Part shown: positions 1-34,026 of the stretch, piece by piece | Layout of the letters: every line of letters starts with the position of its first letter | Position numbering within the stretch: the first letter of the stretch is position 1 | Assembly: GCA_963693365.1 (NCBI GenBank) | Contig: CAVNZM010000008.1 | Location: 9,918,293-9,982,292, forward strand | Source of the DNA: Amoebidium appalachense | Taxonomy: Eukaryota > Protista > Ichthyosporea | DNA: 64,000 nucleotides | Reading direction: 5' to 3' | Made by a program: the position numbers and the translations under genes | Notes under the pieces: generated by a model | What the model was told of the DNA's origin: nothing | The model's database searches: none | Seen by the model: the letters and a program-made list of their open reading frames with translations, nothing else

Positions 1-550
1 GGGGAGGCTAGGGTGTGCGTGTGTGTGCAGATGAACCAAGGATGACAAATAAGCGAAGAATCTTTTCTGTGGTGGTGGAGTTGTTGGGCGCCTGCAGGGG
101 AGGGGGGGGGGGGGGGGATGTTGCCTCGAGTCTTTCAAAGCCATCCTTCTTGAACAGAGGCTTGCCATCCGGTCCGGGCGGCACATCCTTGTAGGTGTTT
201 TTGAACTCCACCAGCCGCGAGACCAGCGTGTATGGGTCGGGAATAACCCGCCGGATGCGCTCCATGAAGTAGCTCAGGTCGCCGCCCTTGAGCTCGGTTT
301 CAATGTCGATGCCCTTCTGCTCCAGCACCCCCTGTGAGGCAGGATGCCAATATTAATTTACTACGCACACTGCAATTTGGGTTTGGTAGACTTTGATACC
401 TGCCGTTATTGTAGGACCCCTCCCCTCCACCCCCCCATCTTCTCCCCCAACACAAGTAAAAAATGCATGTGGCTATTTCCCCCCACAACCCTACATTATT
501 TCTCTCTAGGCATATGAATAACCCCCACTCTCCTCCCCCCTCCCCCCCCC

Positions 551-590
<40 letters not shown>

Positions 591-1636
591 TTCCCCCCCT
601 CTCTCTGAGGCTCAGGCTCTCTCTCTTCCCTCAGAAGTTTTGTCGAAGGTGTGCATGGTTGTGGGTGGAATGGTGAGTGTGTGCTAACGAGTGTATGTGT
701 GTGTGCGCGTCAGTCACGCATGTTGTTGTTGCCGTTTTTTTTATTTTTATTTTTTATTTTTTATTTTGGGGGGGGGGGGGGAGGGAGAGAGGCACCTTCA
801 CATGTCCGTAATCCTCTTCATTCCACACAAATATTGCCTCGCTGAGTGCGCGTGCGTACTCAGCCCTGCGGGGGTGTGACTTGTACGTGCCGTCCGCCGT
901 GTTTGCAATGGAGTGGAAGGCGTCATTCAGCACAGTCTGCCACACCACCTCCCCAGGCGGTGCCTGGCCCAACATGCCCTCTCTGGGAGCTGCCTCGGGT
1001 CCCCCTGGGGCTGCCTCAAGGCCCCCCGGGGCTGCCTGGGGGTCCTGGGGGGGTGCCTGTGGGCCGGCAAGGGGTTGCTGCTGCTCGGCAGGGGGAGGAC
1101 TGGCAGGGGGAGGGGCTGGGTCAGGGACCACCGGCACCTCGGCACCTGGGTCCGGTGGGGGCTGAATGGGCCGTAGCCACTGCAGGTGCACCATCAGCTC
1201 AAAGGGCGGCGGGCCCAGCTCTCCCAGGGTCTTGCCCTTGTCGGGGCCAAAGGGCACCTGCATGGCCGGCGACAGCACCTGATCCACCCGCACCACTGCA
1301 TGCTTCTTGCCCACCTTCATGCCCCCCCAGCGCTCCGGCTGCACAGCCAGCACCACCCCGGTGGCTGCTGCAGCATGTGGGCCCCGCCGGGGCACAATCT
1401 CAACCCCTTCACCGAGTGCCTTTGCATGAAGCCGCGCTGCATGTCATAGAGGGAAGCAAAAAACTCAGCCAAAAAGCCACAGCACCAACGTTTTTCTCTT
1501 CGCTCCACAAAAATCAAATGCATATTCCTTAGCAACCCCCTTCCCCCCCCCCCCCCCCCTTCTCCCTCCCCCCCCCCCCCCCCCCTCTCCCAGTGCCCAG
1601 CTTGTGTGGCACTTGCACGTGTTAACAGTGCTATAG

Positions 1637-1668
<32 letters not shown>

Positions 1669-1873
1669 ACCACCACCACCACCACCAATCACCCCCTCCT
1701 TTGATAGCCACCCGACACCCAGCATAACACAACTGGAACACTGGCCCATGTGGTCAGCCACCCCCCCCCCCCCCCCCCTCCTCCCCCTCCCCTCTCCTCT
1801 GGGGGGCCCACAATCTTTCTATATCTGGCATAAGCACATAAGCACTGGGGCAAAAAGCAGGTGGGATACACAC

Positions 1874-2704
1874 CTGACAGGTTTGGCCTATCGACCACGG
1901 CCGAGTAGACCTGCAGGGACGCATATGCATCAAGGGCAGCGTAGGTGGCCTGCACCTCTGATAGCGGCTCGTGCCAGTTGGAGCATCGAACAAGTGCCGG
2001 CTTGGGCAGCTTCTTGCCTATGACCTGGGCAGTGATGTCGGCCAAGCCCCGGGCCGCAGAGGTGATAGCTGCACGGGCATAGCAGAACCGGCCCAGCTCC
2101 AGATAGCTGGCCACAGGGGTGCCGTAGTCCTTGTTGAGGTGGGCCGAGTCCGTGCCGATCTGCTTGCCCACCTTGATGATGCTGGGGTCCCTAAGCAGCG
2201 CAATCAGCTCGTCCACCAGCCGCGCGGGCGGGCTGTGGTTGGGGCCCATGCGTGCCAAGTGGAAGATGTACACGGCCCGTGCGGTGGCAATCTGCAGCGT
2301 GCAAACCTTGGACCGCGCCTGGCCCACCCGATAGACCCACTCGCAGTCCAGCCCCACCACGCGGTGCTGCTGCCCCTCCAGGTCGGCACGAATGGCCGCT
2401 GTAGCCACCACCGCCCCCTGGCAGTCGGTGTACACCGGCTTAGGGTAGTTGGCCGGCAGCTCCAGCCCAGGCAGACCGTCCGTCACGCTTACCAGCGCAG
2501 CCTCGTTCAGACGGACGGGGCATTTTGGCCGGGCTAGGGTTGGAAACATGCGCTCAACAAACGCCCGGTCTTGGCAGCACCGATCTGTGTAGAAGAAGGC
2601 CGGGCCCTTGCTGTTGAGCGCCGCCGTGGTGGCAGAGATGCGCTGGATCACGGGCTCAATCTCCTGGTGGCTGCAGTCCCGTGTAAATACCTGCGCCCGG
2701 ATCT
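1874..2704 (-). CDS. Transposase exon containing the WRN/RNase D-like DEDDy 3'-5' exonuclease domain
   Basis: ORF 1689..2783: GLDCEW (ExoI), KVGKQIGTD (ExoII), SNW..PLSEVQATYAALDAY (ExoIII); bounded by AG (2706-2705) and GT (1873-1872). Confidence 0.85.
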
Positions 2705-2789
2705 CTGGGGTGCCGCACTGTGTGAGAGGGCATCTCCGAGCGGCCATGCATGTTCTAGCTTCCCTTACCACATGGCCCTTCACGAGACT

Positions 2790-3095
2790 TCAGTGCCCAC
2801 ACAATCCTTTCCCCCTCCCTCCCCCCAAACCCATGTGCCCACATACTTTCCCCTCCCTCTCCCCCAAAACCCTTCCCCCTCCTTCCCCCCAAACCCATGT
2901 GCCCACATACTTTCCCCAGGCCTCCCTTTCCCCCAAAATCTTCCCCCCCCCCCTCCCCCCTAAACCCATGTACCTACAATCCTTCCCCCTTCCTCCCCCT
3001 AAACCCTTGTGATCACAATCCTTTCCCCCTCTCTGCCTTCCCCCCAAACCCATGTGCCCACGATCCTTCCCCACTCCCCCTCCCCCCAAACCATG
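2790..3095. repeat. Intronic minisatellite, ~35-40 bp C-rich unit
   Basis: Recurring ccccaaacccatgtgcccaca(tac/atc)(c)tttcccc, about 7 degenerate copies. Confidence 0.8.
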
Positions 3096-3305
3096 GGACA
3101 GCCCTCCATATGGCACCTACTGTCCCCCCCCCCCCCCCCCCCACCCCCACCCCGGGCCTCTTGCCCTCTCTACCTTCAACCCCGACGGTGGTGTCTCTCC
3201 CCCCCCCCCCCCCCCCCCTGCATCCCTTGCAATCACTGGCCCCTACTCCCATTCTGCTTGGCAGAAGCTTGCCCCCCCCCCCCCCTCCCCCCTCCCCCCC
3301 CCCCC

Positions 3306-3338
<33 letters not shown>

Positions 3339-3573
3339 ATTCCCCGCCAAAAGAAAGCTCCACCCCAGCCCACCCCAATCTCTACCCAGCAAAAACACAT
3401 ACACACATATCTGGAGCTTCCTAGTTTTTGCTCGACAGGGCAAGAATTGTCCCCAAAACCCACATACTACAAACCTCTACTCACAGTGTGCCACCTCATT
3501 AAATGTGGAGCCTAAGAGATTTAAAGGCCCTAGAGGGGGGAGGGGGGGGGGAGGGGGGGGGAGGGGGGCGTGT

Positions 3574-3604
<31 letters not shown>

Positions 3605-4037
3605 GTGGGGGTGTGTGGGGGGGGGGGGAGGGGGGAGAGGGGGCCTGGGGGAGAGTGGGGGGAGGGGGGGAGAAGAGGAGGGACCACACACCGCCAAGCT
3701 CGTTTACACAAGTCCATAGGCCTCGGTACAGAGGCTCCCCATTGATGCCGGTGAGCTTCCCAATTTGGAAGGTGTGGTCGGCCTTGAGCACGTTGTTTAC
3801 GGGCTTGAGCTGCGTGTCCAGGCTCTGGTACTTTGCCGTGCGGTCGCTGAACTCAGTATACACGGCACTCAGGTATTTGCCTGAACCCCAAGTACTGTTA
3901 GAACTCCACCACCCTCCCATCAGGACCATCCCCCCCATTCCCTCTAGTCCCTCGTGTTCATCTCACCTCTCTGTATTTTCGTAAGTCTGTATGGCTTTTC
4001 CCATCTCAAAAACGCTACACACCCATCTCCGGCCGTT

Positions 4038-4078
<41 letters not shown>

Positions 4079-4262
4079 CCCCGCCTCCCGGCGCGCGCAA
4101 ACCCTCCAAGTCATTGCACCAACTTTCACCTTCTTTCCCCTTTGTGCCCCATCTGCAGTTTGTCCCCTGCACGTCCGTTTGCCCTTCCCCCCACACCCTC
4201 CTGCCACTACTATAATAACCATTAAGTACCGCCACCAAGATCCAGTCTACCACCATGTGCCC

Positions 4263-4296
<34 letters not shown>

Positions 4297-4561
4297 CTCT
4301 CCACCTCCTTTCCCCCAACACACACAGACACACATGCGCACACCCACCATCTAATTTCAGGCATAACAGTTCTCCACGATTTCCCAAGCACACTCACTGG
4401 TACATGGACCGTTATGCTTTCACCCCTCTGATGATCCCTCTGCCCTCCCCCCCCCCCCCCCCCCCCCCCCACCACCACCACCACCACCACCACCACCATG
4501 ACTGATTGCCACCACCACCACCTAATCCATCACCATGTCCCCCCTCCCCCTCCCCCCCCCC

Positions 4562-4592
<31 letters not shown>

Positions 4593-7273
4593 ACGGACCC
4601 ACAAGTACACGCACACTCACAGGCGCACATCCACCACCACACATCCACCACCACCATAATAGAAACTTATTGACCACACTTCCAAAACCCATTTCCAAGT
4701 CCCCCCCCCCCCCTAAAAAAAAAAATAAAAAATAATAAAACAAAACCCTACCAAGCCAACCCAAAAAATGCCCAAGCACGTGCATACAAAACAATGGGGA
4801 CCATTTACACACCCAAAATGCAGTGCACACTTGCCTGAAGGCACATGTCCAGCGTAACCATTTTTGTCACCAAACGCCGAGAACTTAGCCGCCTGCTCCT
4901 CTGGGGGAAGTTCTGTCAGGCGCTGGTCGTGGGGGCGGAAATCGTTACGCTTTTTGAGTTCATACTTGGTCCAATGCAGCGCCCTCGAGTAATACAGGAG
5001 CCGCTGCTCGTCGTATCGCTGCTTGTGGAGCTCCGAGAGGAGGGTGGCAAAGGCGTTTGGGCCCACACCTTTGTCTGCCAGTGCACGCAACAATGTTACC
5101 ACCTTTAGGTCGAGCCCACTGCGGTGGCTAAGGTAGGCCGGAAACTGATCACGCATGAAGAGTGGAAGGCGTTTAATTGTCTGGGGGTTTGTGCCGGCAA
5201 AGTTTTTTTTGCATGTGTCACAAAAGTACCGGGCCGTGATAATGTAGTAGCAGCTGTCAAAGTCGATAACACGCCGTCCTACGGGGTTGCTCATGAACCC
5301 ATTGCGAGAAGTACGGTGTGGGTTGGGGTGGTTGTGGGGGTCCACGTAGTGATCATCGAAGGGGCACGGCACCATGAAACCGGGAGACAACCTTTCCGGA
5401 AGCCAGGCAAAACATCTGGGTTTGTAGAAAGGCGCTGGATCGCCCCCAAAATTAAAGCCTATAATGGGAGGTGGAAGATGCCACCCCACAGGCGTCTTCT
5501 CATCTTTGAGACTCTCTTTCACTGTGTGCAGGTGCGACTTGATTGTTTCGCCCGCCGCGTCAGAAAACTCCTCTCCACCGTCATCCCCGTCCGTATTATC
5601 TTCTCCCTCTTCCTCCCCTTCATCCTCGTCTACCCGGTACGCATCTGCTGCTGCATTTAGCAAAGGTTCCTCGTCGGGTTGCACCTGTATGTCTGGTGGG
5701 TGTGGAGCAGGGGCCCGATCCATTTCTCTTGGTAACGAATGGACGCTACCTGCCTCAACTACACGGGCCCTTATGTCGGCGGCCTTAGATAGAGGGGGCT
5801 GTTCGGGTTGTACGTTTACGTTTAGTTCCTGCAAAACAGCTTTGTTTGCCGTCCCAAAACCTGCAAAGTTCGCTAAAGGCTGAACAAATGCAGCATCTTT
5901 TTTTTTGCGCCCAGCTCCCTCCCTAGCTCCGCCTGTTTTATGCCCAGGGCGCTGTGTTGTGCCCTTAGGGCAGCCTGGCTTCATTTTAAACACTTGGGGC
6001 CTGGCCCCCTGCCCCCCTAGTGCGACTACGTTACCGCAAACATTCCCGTATTTCAGTGTGCTCGGCAATGCTGCTCATGGCCTTCCCGGACTGGTTGTGA
6101 CCAGTAAAGAGCGCGCCAATTCCTGACCGCCGCCTACAGCAGTGTATGATCTGTTATCCATATTCGGCAAAAGGGGTCTTGCCCAACCAATGGCTTGAAT
6201 CCTTGTAACTTTGCTTTATCCATATAAGGTTAGCTGAACACCCCCCCCTCCAATCATACCCCCCCCTTCTCTCTAGTAGTAGCTCCTGGCATGCCGCACC
6301 CCCCCCTGGTTGCTTGCCGCGAAGCAGCGACGTCATCCAAACAGTGAGCCACTGATTGGTTATCTGATAGACCATATATGGTTCATCGTAAACACCAAAC
6401 TTAACCAATCGGAGCGCGTCACGTGTGTGCGTGCCCGACACACGTACGTGTGTACATACTACGCCGTGTAGGCTCACTCTCTCGGAGCTGTGGGGCATGT
6501 TTTCGACGTGCACCCTCATGGTATAAATTGTTACCACGCAGTTTATATGGGGAAAAACAGCAAAGTTTCTTTGCCTATGCACCCACAAGGGTGATGAGAT
6601 GTAAATGTGCACTTGAATACTGTTACGGTTACACACTGAATTCGAAGGATTGGTACCGGTAACCCCGGGCCCCAGGCCATTAATTAAGCTTAATCATACC
6701 CCAGCTCCCCCCCCCCGAACCCGTCACTCGCATCATGACATGGGCATCCTCCCAAACCTTTGAGAATACTTCTCCGGGGAGACGTCCGGATATTTCGATA
6801 CTCGAGTGAATAGAGTGCGACCCAGCGGCACCGTACTTGAATTTCTCGGCAATCTAGCAGCTGGAGCGTGCAAACTAATTAAGTAAATACATGCACGCAC
6901 AACTCCCCCTCCCCCCTCCCCCCATACACACACACACATACACGCACGCACGCACGCACGCACGCACGCGTACGGGAACTATACAATCGCCTACAGTAAC
7001 TGATGACATAGTATGAATACCGCCGCAACTATTGGTAGTACACTCGTGCCAACGATTGACAGATGGTCATGATTTGAAGCCACACATTTCAGCTTTCACA
7101 TTGACTTGTTCGCGGGGGACCTGCCCCCACCATCGAGCATAATTTATAATTGCCATTAATGATCCATTCACAGCAAAACATCCTGTATAGATAGATAATT
7201 ATAGTAATCACTGAGTCTGCACACATCTGTGCACGGCCATTCTCACAAATTTTGGTTTGCAACACACAGTCAG

Positions 7274-7310
<37 letters not shown>

Positions 7311-7329
7311 CCCCCCCCCTCCCCCCCCC

Positions 7330-7371
<42 letters not shown>

Positions 7372-7491
7372 GCACCACCCAAAAAAATAATAATAATAAT
7401 AATAATAAATAAATAAATTGGACCTATAGACAGCTTGTATACATATAGAGGCAACAGATTTGAAGCAGTGCTGTACTGGTTAAAAATAAAG

Positions 7492-7543
<52 letters not shown>

Positions 7544-7696
7544 AAAAAAAAAAATATGAAAACGAAGAACAATTTCAAGAGGCAGGAACACAAAAAAGGG
7601 CCAATTCCCATACCATCTCCCCCAGCCTTTTTGAAAGGTGAAATCCTACCGCGGAAACACATGATTCCTTTAAAGAAGACACAAACACACACACCC

Positions 7697-18041
<10,345 letters not shown>

Positions 18042-18655
18042 TTTCAAAATGTTGTCTCAAGCAACAACAGAATGGATCTCGTAGTTTGTCAGACACACTT
18101 CTAGAAAGAATAACTAGTGAACGAGCAGAACCTCAAACCACCTGTGGAATCTACCTATTTTTTATTCAAGAAAGGGAATAATTTTTGACCCTACAGAGAT
18201 GGAATAGCTTTTAGCACGTTTTACCCAGTCTATTTACACGTGCTTGTTGCTGTGTATTTCAAGTGTGCACACGTACACGTGCACATAGAAGGCCCGATCG
18301 CAGGCGATAACGTAATTCACGGCGATCGGGCCATCTGCAAGAATAAGTTGAAATTCACGGCAATTTAGCTGCAATTGAGGTTTGCGCAACTCTTTCCCAG
18401 ATTTCTGACCGCAAGCCTAATAAACTTTTTATGAGCCACGATCAAACAGTTGAGCCAATCCACAATTTGCTCAATAACCCAAATATAGTAATTAAATTTG
18501 GCGCCAGATCTCGATCGAACTTCAGCCAGCAGCAACAACGGTCATTTGTGACTTCAATTTTTTCTAAGGTCACCGTTTACAATAAGGCTTCTGAACTACA
18601 TCGCGCGCAGACTCTTTTCGCTTTACTTCTCTAGACAAAGGAAACAAAGATCATA
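18042..18655. promoter_or_regulatory. Probable bidirectional promoter between bystin and the DUF1761-like gene
   Basis: Head-to-head ATGs at 18041 (-) and 18656 (+); no homopolymer tracts; CCAAT at ~18455; 11-bp inverted repeat at 18291-18332. Confidence 0.55.
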
Positions 18656-19137
18656 ATGGCTGAAGTTGCGCTTGCGGCCGTGGCATACGTTGGCGTGGGT
18701 GCCGTTTGGTACCACAGAACATGGGGCTTTGGCAAGTATTTTCTGGAGGATGTGACCGAGTTTAAAGGCAGCGAGGACTGGTGAGTTGGACATAATGACG
18801 GTCTTCTGTTCATTCATGAACGAAAATGATTCATGTTATTTAATGCATAATAAGTATGCGTTTATAATTATTTTTTTTTGGAAGACTGGAAGTGCAAGCT
18901 CTGTAGGGAGGAAGGCAATCGCGTTCAAACATGGGCCTTAATCTGCACTTTCGAGAGGCTAGAGCCTGGCTCTTTGGATGCTGGAACAGGTGCTACAAAT
19001 TGGTCGCATTGCTTTAGCAAAAACCACCCGTTGTCTGTCGATGCAGCTGAGCGCTAACGCAGTAGACAAAGGCACGCTTCCCCTTGCTCCTTTGCCCTTT
19101 TACTTCGGATCAGGGATGCCCTTTCAGTTCCTCGCTT

Positions 19138-19179
<42 letters not shown>

Positions 19180-19844
19180 CCCTCCTCCCCCCCAAACACA
19201 CACGCGCGTACACCCACCAACCCCACCAACCCCTCTCCCCGGGGGCGTTTGCGTTGCTTCTTCAATGATTTCTCCCTACCCCCTCCCTTCCCTATCACTC
19301 TTCTTCCTCTTACTGACACACACTTGGCTATGCCCAGGTTCCGAAACACAGACCCGTCGAACATAGGCCGCTATCTCTTTGTTGAAATAGTGATGGCCAC
19401 CGTCCACGCCTACATCTTGTCCTTTGCCCACCTCACGAACTTCACGGAGGCAGTTTTGTTCTCCTGCTGGGTCTGGACTGCTTTCTGTCTTCCCATCTGT
19501 GTAAGCCTCCCCCCCCCCCCCCCCCCCCCGATCCCCCATTCAACCCCCCTCCACCTGATCTCCTAACCGACCTCCTCCTCCCCCCCCCCCCCTCCCCCGC
19601 CCCGACATACACACACACACACACACACACACACCGTGGCCCACCACCACCCCTCCCTCCCCTGCTTCTTATGATGCTTACACACTTGCAGGACGCACAC
19701 ACACACATCTCTCTCTCTCTGCCTCCCCACCCATCCACAGCCTCGCTCCCCAGCTGCCAGCACTGTCACTCGTACATGGCATTTGCGAGTGACTAGGTTA
19801 TTGATAAGACCTTCCCCCCCCCCCCCCCCCTCCCACGCACACGC

Positions 19845-19883
<39 letters not shown>

Positions 19884-20939
19884 GGACAAGTGGCAAAAGG
19901 CATGTGTTACTAGATAGACACACGGCCTGGAGAGCAAGAGTTGTGCTGTATGCATCCCCCCCTCCCCCCCTCCCCCCGCCCCCCCACCACCACACACACA
20001 CACACACCTTACCGCCAAAAAAATAAAAAAATAAAAAAAAATAAAAAAGGAAAGAAAGAGAGAAAAGAAGGATAAAAGAGCAAGAAAAAGGTATGAACCC
20101 CAAACCACCATCACCCATCCACCCACCCCCTCATGACCAAACAACAAAAATGGAAGAGGGAGGGAAACACACCACATTGTGCGCGATTCCAATAAGGCAT
20201 ATAGCAGTGGAACCCAATCACCGTGCGCCAACTCGCTTTTGATAGCCACTGATGAACACACTCTCATACATGCTGTCCCAAATAGTTAATCTTAAAAAGA
20301 AGTTTTGTAGGATAAGACTTCATACCAAATACAAATCACACTAAAGAAAACAACATGCAAGAGCGAATGCCTATACTCAGTGCGTGTGTGTTGGCTGGGG
20401 TCTGGGTTGATGGTTACGGACACGGCAGTTGAGTGGTATTAGTTTCACAGCGCACGCATTCTTAATGATTTTCTTCATGGTATGATGCCTGTATTAATAG
20501 GTGGATTTGGTAACTGATTACCTATCTTAATCGGTGCACCAGATATTTTCTTTATGTCGGTGTTAATATGCTCTATGTACATAGTTGAATTGATGTCCAT
20601 TTCTTCTTTGTGCTCTCGTTTTGCATTTTGTGGTGGTGGTGGTGGTGGTTGGAAAGGGCGACCCGGAGGGGGAATGGGGGAGGGAGGGGATGTTCTTCCG
20701 AAACAAAGGATGTAATCAAAAGAACACGGTGAATAGGAGGATTGCATCTTACAGAGGAAACCAAGCCCACGTGTAGGTCACTCTCTTCAGTCAGTGCTCC
20801 TTGCACATCTTCCCCCCCCCCCCCCCCCCCCTTTCTCCCCCCCACAAACACACACACAATATATACTCTGATAACCAGCCTGGCATCTGCATTCTCAGGC
20901 ACAACTAGAAAGTCGTCTCTGCAATGTCTCTACTACGAG

Positions 20940-20976
<37 letters not shown>

Positions 20977-21440
20977 CAAACACACACACGCTCGCTCGCT
21001 CGCTCGCTCACTGGCTCACTCTATGACCCACACACGCACACACGCACACACACATGTGCATCAACACACTAACAGCCAAACCACCTACCAACTAACAGCC
21101 AAACCACCTAACCCCCCCTCCCCCCCCCCCTCCTGCGCAGGTGTCTGCATATTCCTGGGAGTCACGGCCCCTCCGTCTCGAAATTATTCACGCAGCCAAA
21201 CAACTGGCATGCATTATCGCCGCTGCATGTGTTTTCGTCTTTCTCACCACCACCCCCACGTCGTTTTCTGTGATTGCAAACGTAGAAAGTGGAACAGCGG
21301 TAACATCGATTAGTAGCGATCTCGCTGAAAAAGTGAAGGAAGTGGTTACAGCAACTGTGGCTGCAGCAGCTTCGGCGGCGGCGGCTAAAATTACTGGGGC
21401 GGAGGATGATTCTATTGAACCGGCTAGGGAGGGTTTGTAG
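18656..21440 (+). CDS. DUF1761-like small multi-pass membrane protein (3 exons)
   Basis: Exons 18656-18780, 19338-19500, 21141-21440 join in frame: MAEVALAAVAYVGVGAVWYHRTWGFGKYF..W, hydrophobic middle, then YSWESRPLRLEIIHA. The WY..FG and WE.RP patterns resemble DUF1761 (family call from memory, not searched). Confidence 0.7.
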
Positions 21441-21604
21441 ACAGTGTGGTAATAATTGTATGGGGGTGAGTGTTGTACATGTGTGGTCACCAGGTGTTGA
21501 AAAAAGGATAACTAATGCAAGGTGCATACTGGGTATGCAGTACTGCAACAACTAGCAACATATGTGGCAATAGTTGGGGTTCGGGTGCAAAGGGTGTGAG
21601 TTTT

Positions 21605-21635
<31 letters not shown>

Positions 21636-22730
21636 TTGGGGGGGGGGGGGGGGGATGGATATCAAAACATCCAATCATTAATGGGGCAATGTGGGAGGCT
21701 TTTTATTGTTCCATTCTTTTCTTTTTCTTGTCTAATGATGTCCATGGTGTATGTGTGTGTCCGAGCCTCGTCAATGTGAGGGAGTTCTGCACAAAATGTA
21801 CAAATACATAGGCAGCACTACATTAGTTACGGTACACGTCATCTCGACCCCCTCTCCATCCACACAAAACACACACGTCCACACACGTCCACACACGCAG
21901 TCACGCACGCACAGTTTCATATGCATATGTAAAAAACTTCCGCAGCAGCTCAGGGATGATATACACCCATGGCCATGGTGTGTTCATATTGCTAAATAGC
22001 CTCTCCCCCATGCCTACCCCTCCTCCCCCTGGGCCCCCCCCACCCTCCCACCGGTGCCTACATACCACACACACACACACACACCCACGACCGTGGCACA
22101 CACACACACACAAACAGAAAAGGAGAGAGAAGAGAAAAATGCTTATTCAATCAAGAATGGCACCAGATCGATGGGTGGGTGGGGCCTACAATTGTCGGTG
22201 AGGGGGGGGGGGGGGGGGGTTGGGGACATTGGCAGCAGCATGCTCCAATATATTGCCATGTTGTGCACGGAAACGACATGTGTAATGGTAGAGCAGGTTT
22301 TATTATTCGGCTGATATGCACAGCACCCAGCTAGAGGGTCCCACAGAGACCCTTTCAGATGCCTACAAGTCTAATCAAGTCTTACTTTTAGGTTTTAGTC
22401 TACGAAATCTCCCAAATCCATTTCCCAATTTAGGTCATTCATATTCTCTTGTTCAATTCAACCCCAGTATATATATGGTCGTTTGGTCCCCAGAGTTCTC
22501 CAAGTCAGGTTGGCAGGTACAACCAAACCCTCATATTTTCATTCGGTCACACCCATGCAAAATGTACAATAACGAACATAATCCCCAATTCCGAAACAAA
22601 CCAATATACATCGATATCATGCTCATTTGACAACACCGTACAACAGTATGTCGCTATTAGTCCCAAATCCCACCAAGCACCCAGGTTTTAACCATGTAAG
22701 GTTACCAGATGACGGTTTCGATTGGCAGGT

Positions 22731-34026
<11,296 letters not shown>

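Larger units (their letters stand above)
1..5984 (-). mobile_element. Dada-superfamily-like DNA transposase gene (DUF6729-like N-terminal region, DDE core, inserted DEDDy 3'-5' exonuclease); spliced, C-terminus apparently beyond the left edge
   Basis: Exons 5984-4835, 3880-3692, 2704-1874, 1436-796 and 331-~125 join in frame. Motifs in order: VPCP..GRRVIDFDSCYYIITARYFCDTC; FPAYLSHRSGLD; KADHTF; VNELGEIRAQ; FYTDRCC; exonuclease (VVGLDCEW..LQIAT..YAALDA); NDAFH (DxxH); RRVIPDP. An exonuclease between the second catalytic D and DxxH is the architecture described for Laccaria/Ectocarpus Dada elements. Termini not identified. Confidence 0.75.

Noticed and set aside
37-55. caaggatgaca matches U6 snRNA near the site targeted by Dada-U6 elements
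   Set aside because: Only 11 nt; extending it needs two gaps, and it lies inside the transposase gene rather than at a terminus.
6100-7150. Search for a tRNA/snRNA target fragment at the transposon's 5' side
   Set aside because: No cloverleaf, T-loop or Sm-site context I could support.
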